A stretch of DNA of 54,337 nucleotides from an uncultured Rhodospirillaceae bacterium (GCA_964579285.1 CAZOHS010000004.1:1-54337), one strand, 5' to 3'. Positions 1-9,963 are shown, numbered from the stretch's first letter. A program made the numbers and translations. The notes: generated from the sequence alone by a model not told the origin.

Positions 1-2
1 TT

Positions 3-191
3 AACGACTGGCACTTACTTTCAGAAAAAATGCCTTTTGGTGGCTACAAACAATCAGGTATTGGCCGCGAATTTGGGGAGGAAGGCATGAACGAATATAC
101 CGAGGTAAAGGCATTGCACGTAGATGATGCAAAGACGCGAGAAAACAAGCCGTGGTACGATATGTTAGTCCCTCGAGATGCTGCTGAATAA
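3..191 (+). CDS. Aldehyde dehydrogenase family protein, C-terminal fragment (5' end outside window)
   Basis: Frame 3 reads ...[53 protein letters not shown] with stop TAA 189-191. [12 protein letters not shown] is the conserved C-terminal ALDH motif. It is absent from the ORF track because the in-window Met gives fewer than 60 aa. Confidence 0.8.
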   Translation, partial: NDWHLLSEKMPFGGYKQSGIGREFGEEGMNEYTEVKALHVDDAKTRENKPWYDMLVPRDAAE

Positions 192-214
192 ACAATGATC
201 TGTAGGAGCCAACC

Positions 215-1198
215 ATGTTCAACGTAGCCATTGTGGGTATGGGTAGATGGGGACAAACACTTATAAACTCCGTGTCAGGAAGTAGTGAGGAAATTAAATT
301 TATTGCTGGCACTACGCGGACCCTATCCAAGGTAGCTAGTTATGCGGAGGCAAAAAGTATAAGGCTATACGAAACTTATGAAGAAGTTTTATCCGACGCA
401 GATGTTGAAGCCGTGGTCCTTGCTTCACCACACACGGTTCATTTCGAACAGATAATGGCGGCAGTAGCCGCCGACAAACACATTTTTTGTGAGAAGCCAT
501 TTTGTTTGACTGGCGCTCATGCCCGTATCGCGCTAGATGCGATCTCATCAAAGGGCCTTAAAGTCGCTATTGGCCATAATCGCAGGTTTTCACCAAACGC
601 CATCAAACTAAAGGAAATGATAGACGCCGGAGAGTTGGGAAAAATGGTCCAAATAGAGGGAAATTTTTCGGCAAACATGGTCGGTTATAATGGCGAATGG
701 CGCGAGAGCCGCGATGAGAGCCCAGCCGGAGGTATGACGTCACTCGGTATTCACGCGGTTGATATGTTCGTAAATCTCTTTGGACGTGTGGCCAGCGTTC
801 AAGCTGTTAGTAGGCGCGTTGCATTGCCCTTCGATATTGATGATGCAACTGGGGTTCTTTTGGATTTTGAAGACGGACAGTTAGGTTATTTGGGTACAGT
901 CGCGGCGACAGGGTCCTTATGGCAAGTTCGGGCATTTGGTTCCGGGGGTTGGGGATGTATCTTCGGCCACGACCAGTTTACCGCGCAGAAGACCGATGGC
1001 AGCGTAATTTCTGAAAATTGGGACGGCTATGAATACCCAGGTTTGCCCACAATTAGGGACCAAATGGAAGCTTTTAGCCGCTATTGTAAAGGCGGTGATC
1101 AATTTCCGGCAACACCAGATCAGATACTTCACGCAACACAAATTCTAGAGGCTATTATTAAGTCCACGACAACCGGTATGAAGGAAACGGTTGGTTAG
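215..1198 (+). CDS. Gfo/Idh/MocA family NAD(P)-dependent oxidoreductase
   Basis: 327-aa ORF with N-terminal Rossmann VAIVGMGRWG, the family EKP motif (FCEKPF) and GHNRRF. AGGAG 204-208 lies 6 nt upstream of ATG 215. Confidence 0.85.
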   Translation: MFNVAIVGMGRWGQTLINSVSGSSEEIKFIAGTTRTLSKVASYAEAKSIRLYETYEEVLSDADVEAVVLASPHTVHFEQIMAAVAADKHIFCEKPFCLTGAHARIALDAISSKGLKVAIGHNRRFSPNAIKLKEMIDAGELGKMVQIEGNFSANMVGYNGEWRESRDESPAGGMTSLGIHAVDMFVNLFGRVASVQAVSRRVALPFDIDDATGVLLDFEDGQLGYLGTVAATGSLWQVRAFGSGGWGCIFGHDQFTAQKTDGSVISENWDGYEYPGLPTIRDQMEAFSRYCKGGDQFPATPDQILHATQILEAIIKSTTTGMKETVG

Positions 1199-1340
1199 GG
1201 TCCGCTCATATTATCTAAATTTGGGCATTGGGTTGTATGAATTTTCAGTATTTTGAATATTGGGCCTTATCGGTTAAAACCATGCGGGCTTCCTCGGTTC
1301 GAATGTAAGGGCTGTGCTGAGATATAAAGGAGATAGATCC

Positions 1341-3401
1341 GTGCCTCTTGATATAGCCTATTCAGTCTGTCCACACGATTGTGCTAGCAGTTGCACTTTG
1401 GATGTAGAGCTAGAAACTCCCTACACGATTGGTCGCGTTCGTGGTTCTCCCGCTAACGACTACACTGCTGGGGTCGTCTGCGCCAAGGTGGCGCGCTACG
1501 CGGAACGCGTTCATCACCCGAATAGATTGACCCAACCGCTCCGACGTAAAGGCCCAAAGTCAGCCAATTCCACGCTCTCTGACTTTGAGACAATCTCATG
1601 GGATGAGGCATTAGATATAGTTGCTGAAAACTATATTTTAGCGGGCCAGAAATATGGCCCTGAAACCGTATGGCTTTATAATTACGCCGGTACAATGGGT
1701 AAGGTGCAACGTGATGGCGTTCAAGGCCTTCGAAATGCGATGGGCTATTCGCGCCAGCACAATACAATTTGCTCATCAATGATGTTAGCAGGCATGAAGG
1801 CCGGCCTTGGTGCTCAGAAGGGTTGTGACCCGCGGGAATTTGCGGAATCTGACTTGATTATTATCTGGGGTTCTAATCCCGCCTTTACTCAAATTAATTT
1901 GATGACCCACATAAGTCGTGCCCGCAAAGAACGTGGTGCTAAATTAATTGTCATTGATCCCTATCTAACTGCAACTGCTCGACAGGCGGACATGCATATT
2001 CGACCGCGACCCGGCACAGATGCTGCCTTGGCTTGTGGGATTATGCACGTTTTGTTTCGCGATGGTTTTGCTGATAGAGATTACATGGATAAATTTGCGG
2101 ATGATCCGGCCGCTCTCGAAGAACACCTTGGTTCACGAGACCCTGAATGGAGTTCTAAGCTGACCGGGGTGCCTGTTGCAAAAATAGAAGCACTCGCGGC
2201 TGATTACGGGGCTATAGAACGGTCGATTATTCGAATGGGATATGGCTTTTCGCGCTCTCGTAACGGGGCGTCGTCGTTACATGCTGTAAGTTGTTTGCCG
2301 GCCGTCAGGGGAGCCTGGAAAAACCCAGGGGCTGGCCTGTATGGGTCTACGGGGGATAATTTCACGATAGATATTTCGCTCATTACGGGTCAAGAGGACC
2401 CCAGTATTCGCCAACTTGATATGTCGCGGCTTGGGCCAATACTGGCCGGGGAAACGGAGCCACTTCGCGGTGGGTCACCGGTCACCGCGATGCTGGTTCA
2501 GAGCTCAAACCCTGCTGTTGTCGCTCCGGAATCAAGACGAGTGCAGGAAGGATTATTACGAGATGATATGTTTCTCTGCGTACACGAGCAGTTTTTGACG
2601 GATACTGCGAAGTTAGCAGATATTGTGCTTCCTGCGACAACCTTTCTAGAGCATGACGACCTTTATACGTCCTACGGCCAACCTTTTCTGCAACTTGGCC
2701 CTCAGGTAATTAAGCCGCTTGCAGAAGTGCGAAGTAATCACGATATGTTGAGTGCGCTGGCTACTCGGCTAGGGGCCGGTCACCGCTCTTTCACTATGGC
2801 TGCGTGGGACGTAATTGACGAAGTATTGCAAACCAACGGATACGGTGGTGCCGCAGAGCTTGAGAAAAAACGGTTTATCGACATTAGCCCAACATTCGAG
2901 GAGAGGCATTTCCTAAATGGCTTTCCACAACCAAATGGCAAATTTCGATTTCGCGCGAACTGGGCTGAATTAGGTCCGGATTACAGCGAACTCTCAAGTT
3001 TGCCGGATTTTTCTGAAATTATTGATGAGGTCGACGCGTTCAGGCCGTTTCGTTTGATTACAGCTCCATCCCGAAACTACCTCAATAGCAGTTTTACAGA
3101 AACCGAAACTTCCATTCGTAGTGAACAACGCCCCACGCTAATGATTAACCCCACGGATTGCGTCGACCTTGGAATCACTGATGGGGATCGCATTAGAATC
3201 GGAAACGAGAGAGGAGATTTGATATTACATTGCCAAGTTTTCGAGGGGGTTGATTGTGGGGTCGTGGTAGTCGAAAGCATTTGGCCGAACAATGCTTTTG
3301 AGGAGGGTATCGGAATTAATCTTCTGATTAGTGCTGACCCCGGAAGACCGAATGGCGGGGCGGTATTCCATGATACAGCAATTTGGATACGTGCCGCCTA
3401 G
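1341..3401 (+). CDS. Molybdopterin (bis-MGD) oxidoreductase family protein, cytoplasmic, substrate unknown
   Basis: ORF 1314-3401. It has an N-terminal Cys cluster CPHDCASSCTLDV (Fe4S4-type), a MopB-type core, and a C-terminal dinucleotide-binding barrel region (DCVDLGITDGDRIRIGNERGDLILHCQV). The start is placed at in-frame GTG 1341 because AAGGAG 1327-1332 lies 8 nt upstream; GTG 1314 is the alternative. There is no twin-arginine signal. Confidence 0.85.
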   Translation: MPLDIAYSVCPHDCASSCTLDVELETPYTIGRVRGSPANDYTAGVVCAKVARYAERVHHPNRLTQPLRRKGPKSANSTLSDFETISWDEALDIVAENYILAGQKYGPETVWLYNYAGTMGKVQRDGVQGLRNAMGYSRQHNTICSSMMLAGMKAGLGAQKGCDPREFAESDLIIIWGSNPAFTQINLMTHISRARKERGAKLIVIDPYLTATARQADMHIRPRPGTDAALACGIMHVLFRDGFADRDYMDKFADDPAALEEHLGSRDPEWSSKLTGVPVAKIEALAADYGAIERSIIRMGYGFSRSRNGASSLHAVSCLPAVRGAWKNPGAGLYGSTGDNFTIDISLITGQEDPSIRQLDMSRLGPILAGETEPLRGGSPVTAMLVQSSNPAVVAPESRRVQEGLLRDDMFLCVHEQFLTDTAKLADIVLPATTFLEHDDLYTSYGQPFLQLGPQVIKPLAEVRSNHDMLSALATRLGAGHRSFTMAAWDVIDEVLQTNGYGGAAELEKKRFIDISPTFEERHFLNGFPQPNGKFRFRANWAELGPDYSELSSLPDFSEIIDEVDAFRPFRLITAPSRNYLNSSFTETETSIRSEQRPTLMINPTDCVDLGITDGDRIRIGNERGDLILHCQVFEGVDCGVVVVESIWPNNAFEEGIGINLLISADPGRPNGGAVFHDTAIWIRAA

Positions 3402-3437
3402 GGCCCGATTAGTTTATACTTGAGGTATTAGTTTTTT

Positions 3438-4550
3438 ATGAATTCGCTTGGCTTTGATAAAAAACCAAAGGACACACGCGTTGTGGTCGCCATGTCCGGT
3501 GGTGTCGACAGTTCTGTTACGGCATCGCTGCTAGCCGAACAGGGTTACGACGCGATTGGGGTAACCTTGCAGTTGTACGATCACGGTGAAGCAATCAAAC
3601 GCGCGAAAGCTTGTTGCGCGGGCCAGGATATCTTCGACGCCAAGCAGGTCGCGGAAACGATTGGAATACCGCATTACGTGCTTAATTATGAAGCGCGTTT
3701 TCGATCAGAGGTCATCGACGCTTTCGCGGACAGCTACGTACGGGGAGAAACACCGATTCCCTGCGTTTTATGTAATCAAACGGTTAAATTTCGAGACCTA
3801 CTCGCGACCGCGCGGGACTTAGAGGCGGATGCTCTTGCGACCGGACATTATCTGCGTCGCGAAAACGTAGATGGTAGGGGCGTTTTATTTCGTGCTGAGG
3901 ATAGCATGCGCGATCAGAGTTATTTCCTTTTTGCAACGACCCAAGAGCAGGCCGATTTTCTGCGATTTCCGTTGGGGACCTTGGCCAAGGACGACGTGCG
4001 TTCTCATGCGAACCGCTTTGGCTTGCCCGTTGCGCAAAAGCCGGACAGCCAAGACATTTGTTTTGTGCCAAATGGTGACTACGCTTCGGTTGTAGAAAGG
4101 ATACGTCCTGGCGCGCTGGAACCGGGCGACATCATTGATGTCGACGGCAAGGTGCTGGGTCAACATGAAGGAATTATCAATTATACAGTTGGACAGCGCC
4201 GTGGGATAGGAATTGGAGGTTTCGACAAACCCCTTTACGTAATAAAGATAGAACCTGCAACACGCCGGATTACCGTTGGTCCGGCATCTAAACTAGGACA
4301 AAAAGACATCCACTTGTCTGGGGTCAATTGGCTGGGAGATAAGAATAATTTGGAAAGTAGTCAACGCGTTTCGATAAAGGTTCGCTCGACACAGGAACCA
4401 GTCCCGGCAACACTTTTGTTCGATAGCCATAATATGGAGGCAAAAGTTGTACTGGAAACCCCAGAGCGAGCAGTTGCCCCTGGTCAGGCATGTGTTTTTT
4501 ATGATGGGGAACGTTTGCTTGGAGGCGGATGGATTCAAAATGGAGCTTGA
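3438..4550 (+). CDS. mnmA: tRNA-specific 2-thiouridylase (tRNA 2-thiouridine(34) synthase)
   Basis: 370-aa ORF with PP-loop [13 protein letters not shown] and the conserved CNQTVKF and DSQDICF segments typical of MnmA. Confidence 0.95.
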   Translation: MNSLGFDKKPKDTRVVVAMSGGVDSSVTASLLAEQGYDAIGVTLQLYDHGEAIKRAKACCAGQDIFDAKQVAETIGIPHYVLNYEARFRSEVIDAFADSYVRGETPIPCVLCNQTVKFRDLLATARDLEADALATGHYLRRENVDGRGVLFRAEDSMRDQSYFLFATTQEQADFLRFPLGTLAKDDVRSHANRFGLPVAQKPDSQDICFVPNGDYASVVERIRPGALEPGDIIDVDGKVLGQHEGIINYTVGQRRGIGIGGFDKPLYVIKIEPATRRITVGPASKLGQKDIHLSGVNWLGDKNNLESSQRVSIKVRSTQEPVPATLLFDSHNMEAKVVLETPERAVAPGQACVFYDGERLLGGGWIQNGA

Positions 4551-4610
4551 ATGCACTCAATGCTGCTGCTTGACGAAGGTTTGGCTAACCCCTATATCCA
4601 GCCACCCTGT

Positions 4611-4687
4611 GGCGGAGTAGCTCAGCTGGTTAGAGCAGCGGAATCATAATCCGCGTGTCGGGGGTTCGAGTCCCTCCTCCGCTACCA
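4611..4687 (+). tRNA. tRNA-Met (anticodon CAT), elongator type
   Basis: 77-nt cloverleaf read by hand. Acceptor is GGCGGAG/CTCCGCT (G1-U72 wobble) and the D arm is GCTC-AGCTGGTTA-GAGC. The anticodon stem is GCGGA/TCCGC with loop ATCATAA, the T arm is GGGGG-TTCGAGT-CCCTC, and the discriminator A plus CCA are encoded. Only two G-C pairs sit at the base of the anticodon stem and there is no C1xA72 mismatch, so it is not an initiator. A lysidine-modified tRNA-Ile2 cannot be excluded from sequence alone. Confidence 0.9.
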
Positions 4688-4694
4688 CAATCGC

Positions 4695-4726
4695 CTTATC
4701 TTCCTCCAAGATAAGAGGGTTTTGTT
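4695..4726 (+). terminator. Possible weak intrinsic terminator after the tRNA
   Basis: CTTATCTT (4695-4702), loop CCTCC, AAGATAAG (4708-4715), followed by AGGGTTTTGTT. The stem is 8 bp but has only 2 G-C pairs. Confidence 0.3.
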
Positions 4727-4960
4727 GGAGCTATTTGGTGCAGGTTTAAAGCCGTTTCGTCTTTTTTACTCCATGCAAGTTCAAACGGATAAACCTCTTG
4801 GAAGAAAGGTTGTCTATATCTCAGTCCATGAATTGGATTTTGCTGGGCGACGAAAAGTTCGTGCAGTACTTATAATAATACCTATTGCTTATTATTTATT
4901 TAACTAGGAGTGATATAAATGTACGCTCTAAAGATAGCGCTCACTGCGAGATGATAGTCG

Positions 4961-6541
4961 ATGATGCGTAATACAGAAGTGCTATATGCAAAAGCGGTGA
5001 AATTTCACCGGGCCGGCCGATTGCCCGAGGCAATTAAACTCTATTCAGATATTTTACGCTTAAACCAAGACGATGCTAAAATTCTTTATCTACTCGGTTC
5101 TGCTCATCTCCAGATTGGGGGTCCGAGTGATGCTGTTAGGCCGCTTGAGCGAGCAACTGTTCTGCAACCCGAAAATGCTGCGGCGCATAATAATTATGGC
5201 GTGGCGCTTCGTGAACTTGGGCAGCCACTAGACGCACTAAAAGCCCTCGACCGGGGGGTTGATCTTGAACCGCGGGATGCCGAACTGCATAACAATCGCG
5301 CGACTGTTCTTCAACTGCTTGGACGGCTGGATGACGCAATAGCTGCGTACGACCTCGCTTTGGCGCTCAATCCTAATTACCCTGAAGCACTGCTAAATTG
5401 GGGCACCGCACTTGAAGAACTCGAACGCTTACCAGAGGCGTTGGTGCATTACGATCAAGCGCTGGAACTTAGATCGGACTTTCCAGAAGCCCACTATAAT
5501 CGCGGTAACGTTCTGGGAATGCTTAAGCGAACCGAGGATGCGCTAGCGTCATTCGACGAAGCTCGAAAACTCAAACCCGACTATGCCGATGCGCACTGGA
5601 ACAAGGCTTTGACGTTGATATCCGCAGGTAAGTATACGGAGGGTTGGGAGCTGTATGAGTGGCGAATAAAAAAGGCGAATTCTGAACAGATTTATCCGAC
5701 CTTTCCCCGACCTTCGTGGCGTGGTAGCGAGGATTTGCGTGGCAGAACCCTTTTTGTTCATTCTGAGCAGGGGCTCGGTGATGTAGTCCAGTTTTGCCGA
5801 TATCTGCCACTTCTTGATGCCCGCGGTATCCAGATAGTTTTCGAAACACCAATTCCACTTCTGCCACTTGTCTCGTCGTTGGCAGGCGATATGACGATAT
5901 TGGCTAAAGGGACGGTGCTACCCCACTTTGACGCTTACTGCCCGCTTCTCAGCCTTCCTTATTCATTCGGGACCACAATCGATACTGTGCCAAAGGAGAT
6001 TCCCTACCTTTCAGCCGATACCGATCGGGTCAAGTTGTGGCAACGCAGACTTGGCCTAAAAGACCGCCTCAGGGTTGGCATGGCTTGGTCAGGGACAACC
6101 GGAGCAAGAAAACTCGGCAAGCGAAGTATTCCATTAGAGGCCTTATTGACTTTTATGGAACTGCCCATTGAGCTCCATTCGCTGCAAGTCACGTACCAAG
6201 AGATTGATTTACGAACACTTGAGCGGAATCCTGAAATCCGACAACATCAGGATACGCTGACAGATTTCGCAGAGACAGCCGCGCTGATTGAGTGCCTTGA
6301 TCTCGTGATTACTATAGATACTAGTGTCGCCCATGTTGCCGGGGCTTTGGGAAAACCCGTATGGATCCTACTTGCTTTTGACGCAGATTATCGCTGGATG
6401 GTAGAGCGAGAGGATTCTCCGTGGTATCCAACGGCGCGGTTGTTTCGCCAACCCAAACCTGGCGATTGGCAGAGTGTTATTACTTGCGTTACGGCGGCGT
6501 TAGCGATGGAATTATCCGGGCAGAATATAGAAAGAGGTTAG
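4961..6541 (+). CDS. TPR-repeat protein with C-terminal glycosyltransferase family 9-like domain
   Basis: 526-aa ORF. Residues 1-230 form about six 34-aa TPR units (for example AEAHYNRGNVL and ADAHWNKALTL). The C-terminal half carries LFVHSEQGLGDVVQFCRYLPLL and ITIDTSVAHVAGALGKPVWILL, which resemble the heptosyltransferase/GT9 fold. Confidence 0.75.
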   Translation: MMRNTEVLYAKAVKFHRAGRLPEAIKLYSDILRLNQDDAKILYLLGSAHLQIGGPSDAVRPLERATVLQPENAAAHNNYGVALRELGQPLDALKALDRGVDLEPRDAELHNNRATVLQLLGRLDDAIAAYDLALALNPNYPEALLNWGTALEELERLPEALVHYDQALELRSDFPEAHYNRGNVLGMLKRTEDALASFDEARKLKPDYADAHWNKALTLISAGKYTEGWELYEWRIKKANSEQIYPTFPRPSWRGSEDLRGRTLFVHSEQGLGDVVQFCRYLPLLDARGIQIVFETPIPLLPLVSSLAGDMTILAKGTVLPHFDAYCPLLSLPYSFGTTIDTVPKEIPYLSADTDRVKLWQRRLGLKDRLRVGMAWSGTTGARKLGKRSIPLEALLTFMELPIELHSLQVTYQEIDLRTLERNPEIRQHQDTLTDFAETAALIECLDLVITIDTSVAHVAGALGKPVWILLAFDADYRWMVEREDSPWYPTARLFRQPKPGDWQSVITCVTAALAMELSGQNIERG

Positions 6542-6605
6542 AGATATTTGGGCATAATTGGGTAATTTTTTGTCAAATTTTTGTACCATTTAACCAAAGC
6601 TAGTT

Positions 6606-7925
6606 TTAGGAGCGGGATGTAAGAGTATTTGTAGGGATAGGGAGACCCAAATTTTCCCGAAGCAATTTGCTCTCATATTTTTCACGGAAAACTTTACGTT
6701 GCTGTAGTATGGGGATGACCTGGTCGACAAATTCGTTCAATTCATCCGGGTATGTTAACGACATAATATTAAACCCATCGGCCGCACCACCGTCCACCCA
6801 CTCTTCCATCGAATCGGCGATCTCTTCCGCAGTGCCGCAGAGTATGCGGTGTCCCCGGACACCGGTAACCTCTTGGTATAGCTGAGAAATAGTGAAATTA
6901 TGCCGACGGGCGAGATCTATGACAATTTTTTGACGCCCTTGCTGTTCTGCCCCTCGCGGGATTTCCGGTAAGGGACCGTCTAAAGGGTAGTCTGAAAGAT
7001 CGATACCGAGGATATTAGATAAGCGGTCTATACCCACTTCCGGGTGTATAAGTGCATTGATTTTACGTAACTTTTCTTCGGCTTCGCGACGTGTTTTGCC
7101 GACAATTGGGAGGAGTCCAGGCATCACGTTAATTTCATTAGCCGAACGGCCAAACGCGGCGGCACGAGTTTTCACGTCCGAATAAAATGCCCGCGCATCA
7201 TCAACGTTCTGTTGCACCGTGAAGATCACTTCAGCCGTTTCAGCGGCGAGTGCGCGTCCCAATTGCGACTGACCTGCTTGCACAATTATAGGCCGGCCTT
7301 GCGGTGATCGTTCTATGGTCAGTGGGCCGCGGACGGAAAAGTATTTACCCTTATGGTTCAAGCGGTGCAGTTTTTCTGGGTCGTAGAATGCCCCGCTCAA
7401 CTTATCTTCTATTACAGCGTCGTCCTCCCAGCTATCCCACAACCCAACGACGACTCGTGCGAACTCTGCTGCTTTTTCATACCGGTCAAAAGGTTTAGGG
7501 TGTGCGTCAACACTGAAATTTTGTGCTTCAGCAGGAGCAGATGACGTGACCAGATTCCATCCTGCGCGGCCTCCACTAATACGGTCTAGTGATGCAAATT
7601 GTCGGGCGACGTGAAATGGGTCGAGGTAGGTGGTTGTTGCGGTGCAGATTAAACCAATGTTCTTTGTCGCCATCGCTAGTGCAGACAGGAGGGTAAGAGG
7701 TTCGAGACGTAACGCCTCGGGCGTACGACGTAGCTTGTGTATATCATCACCATAGAAGAATGCATTGGTATCCGCGGTGAATATAAAATCAAAGAGGCCG
7801 CGTTCCCCAATCCTAGCTATTTCTATGTAATGTTGGATGTCTAGGGCAGCACCTTTTTGGGTCGATGGGTCGCGCCATGCTGCAATGTGATGTCCTCCAC
7901 CCAACATAAAAAGTCCTAGTTTCAT
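6606..7925 (-). CDS. LLM-class flavin-dependent monooxygenase, NtaA/SnaA/DszA subfamily
   Basis: 439-aa ORF. The N-terminus MKLGLFMLGGGHHIAAWRDP and the overall length are typical of nitrilotriacetate monooxygenase component A-type enzymes. Confidence 0.85.
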   Translation of the reverse strand: MKLGLFMLGGGHHIAAWRDPSTQKGAALDIQHYIEIARIGERGLFDFIFTADTNAFFYGDDIHKLRRTPEALRLEPLTLLSALAMATKNIGLICTATTTYLDPFHVARQFASLDRISGGRAGWNLVTSSAPAEAQNFSVDAHPKPFDRYEKAAEFARVVVGLWDSWEDDAVIEDKLSGAFYDPEKLHRLNHKGKYFSVRGPLTIERSPQGRPIIVQAGQSQLGRALAAETAEVIFTVQQNVDDARAFYSDVKTRAAAFGRSANEINVMPGLLPIVGKTRREAEEKLRKINALIHPEVGIDRLSNILGIDLSDYPLDGPLPEIPRGAEQQGRQKIVIDLARRHNFTISQLYQEVTGVRGHRILCGTAEEIADSMEEWVDGGAADGFNIMSLTYPDELNEFVDQVIPILQQRKVFREKYESKLLRENLGLPIPTNTLTSRS

Positions 7926-8015
7926 CGTCTTACGGACCTCGATCTTAGAAAGATGTAATCACGGAAGGTTGCTGTTAGTTATTGAAATTTTTTCTTCAAA
8001 GGGTTTTCTTAGCTT

Positions 8016-9089
8016 TTAATTGGTTAAATGCGTCGCTAGAAAATCGGCCATAGGTAACCGTGTCACGTGATACAGGTTGTGGCAACAGTGGATGCCCTCG
8101 GGTTCATAGTGGGTTACAATTTCTTTCGCATTCACAGCTTCTTTTTCTAGCCTGAGCGCCTGGCTGAATGGAATGAGGTCATCCTTAACCCCGTGCTGTA
8201 AATAGAGCGCACATTCAATTTCCTCGGCGCAATCCGACAGATTAATACACTGTAGCTCCTTTCGTCCCTTTTCGGGGTCGGTTTCTCCGGCACAATAAGT
8301 GAAGCCATTCCGCGTCATTTCATGCATGTCCCACCAAAAACTATCGAGTTCATATAAGACGCCCCAACAAACGCACGCGGCGATACGCTTGTCGTGCGCC
8401 GCACTTCGAGGAGCGTAATACCCTCCAAAGCTCCGTCCAAGGATGCCAAATTTTGAGTCATCTATATCTGTTCTTGTTTCGAGATAGTCTATTACCGCGG
8501 ACGTAAAACGCTCAAAGTCCGGGCGGATTTTGGTTTGGAAAAACATTTCGCCTTGGCCAGGGCCATCAAACGCAAAAGTAGCCATTCCTCGATGGTGGCA
8601 CATGTTCTCAAACAAATAGCTTTCCTCTTTGGTGCTTTCCAGGCCACCTATCAGGATCGCACAGGGCGGGTTAACCGCGCCGACAGGTTTTCTCAAGAAA
8701 CCTGGGATACTTAAACCGTCAAATGGGATATTTATTCTTTCAGCAGGCGGATAAAGGTATGGGGCGGCTCTGTCATAAAGGGCAACTTTTCGTTTTTGGC
8801 CAGCTTCTCGAAGGTCTGGACGCTCGAACATATAAAATTGAGCGTAGTGGTAATACATGCACGCTTTCCAGAGATAGATACCTGCGGAGAGGTTGTTATT
8901 AGTCCTTAGACGATCTTCCGCTAAGTGCTCGTATCTATCACCGATACTCGTTACGACTTCATACCAGTCACCCCACCCCGAACACTTATCCAGAATTTCG
9001 TCTATATCGGCGGCCTCAAGTCCGTCACCTATCATCCGACCTTTGCTACTTTCCATCACGGAAGCGATTACGTTATGACTATTATTCAA
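8016..9089 (-). CDS. Alpha/beta hydrolase with N-terminal helical domain (FrsA / DHPON-hydrolase-like)
   Basis: 357-aa ORF with nucleophile elbow GRSFGG and a distal HCCH region. It has a TTG start at 9089 with AAGGA 7 nt upstream; the alternative is ATG 9056. Confidence 0.7.
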   Translation of the reverse strand: MNNSHNVIASVMESSKGRMIGDGLEAADIDEILDKCSGWGDWYEVVTSIGDRYEHLAEDRLRTNNNLSAGIYLWKACMYYHYAQFYMFERPDLREAGQKRKVALYDRAAPYLYPPAERINIPFDGLSIPGFLRKPVGAVNPPCAILIGGLESTKEESYLFENMCHHRGMATFAFDGPGQGEMFFQTKIRPDFERFTSAVIDYLETRTDIDDSKFGILGRSFGGYYAPRSAAHDKRIAACVCWGVLYELDSFWWDMHEMTRNGFTYCAGETDPEKGRKELQCINLSDCAEEIECALYLQHGVKDDLIPFSQALRLEKEAVNAKEIVTHYEPEGIHCCHNLYHVTRLPMADFLATHLTN

Positions 9090-9539
9090 GGTTAAATCCT
9101 TTGCATTGTGTAAATAACGGTTAACAGGAAATCGATTTCCCGCATGGGTGTGTAGAGCTAGAACAAATGATAACGATGTTGCTCGCTAAAAAGAATTGTT
9201 TTCATATCGCTAGGAAAATTTTACGGGCCGCCAACCTAGCATCTAGACTTAGCTCACAAGATTAACGTTTTCTGGGTCAATTAGTGCCCGCTTAAATGTA
9301 CCGAATCAAGGTCTAGGGAGCATTAAATGCACTTCTTAACTTACCGTAACATCCTAATATAAAACGAAAAATTCTATATAAAAAAAGAGCAAAACGCTTG
9401 TCCATTATTGCCTTTATCAGCTATATCATAATTGGGCTGTAATGGTGTTGCCTTAGTTTGATTTGGATACCAAACTTCGCGTGTGATATAGCGGTCGCGC
9501 ATATCTGGCAAATATTTGTTTATAGTTAGTGGAACGGAA

Positions 9540-9773
9540 ATGGCTGGTCGAAAGAAAAAGTCAGTTAAACCAGTAGCTCGCAACTTCAACGTGATCTATG
9601 AAGATGGCAGCCTTAGTTCTAACCGACGGGTGCCTGGAGAACTCCTTATTGATCCATTTGGTGTGGAAGACATGATGGACCTTGCTCGAGCCGCTATTGA
9701 AAAACAGGACCGCGAAATAGAGGAGCGCTCAGGTGTTCCAAAACCGGCAATTAAGGAAATTAAAAAGGCGTGA
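9540..9773 (+). CDS. Small basic hypothetical protein (77 aa)
   Basis: ORF 9516-9773, with the start placed at ATG 9540 (MAGRKKKSVKPVARNF...). It has Lys-rich termini and no recognisable domain. It is the only plausible ORF in this interval. Confidence 0.4.
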   Translation: MAGRKKKSVKPVARNFNVIYEDGSLSSNRRVPGELLIDPFGVEDMMDLARAAIEKQDREIEERSGVPKPAIKEIKKA

Positions 9774-9963
9774 CCACGTTGTTTAATCGGGTAAGGGACA
9801 TGTTGCTGGCGCCCTTTTTTTACGTGTTACTTAACCATCGATTCGATAACTTTCCGCTGTCGTTTCACTACTAACAATTCTGAGAGAATTGCTTTTGATG
9901 GACGTTATGATTAAACGGGCATGAAAAGTTTTACCGTAAATAATAGCCGGAAGAACCAACCAA

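Noticed and set aside
1341-3401. Selenocysteine-containing or Tat-exported respiratory molybdoenzyme (this also applies to 51912-54221)
   Set aside because: Neither protein has an in-frame TGA, a twin-arginine leader, or adjacent Fe-S, cytochrome or membrane-anchor subunits. Both look like soluble cytoplasmic enzymes.
4722-4907. 61-aa ORF downstream of the tRNA
   Set aside because: It has a TTG start, no RBS and no recognisable domain, and it lies in the AT-rich promoter-like region upstream of the TPR gene.
9374-9589. 71-aa minus-strand ORF in the long intergenic region
   Set aside because: It overlaps the start of the better-supported plus-strand small ORF. It has a low-complexity sequence and no RBS.
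9781-9825. Intrinsic terminator after the small ORF (AAGGG...CCCTTTTTTT)
   Set aside because: There is only a 5-bp stem with a 14-nt loop before the T-run, which is too weak to call.
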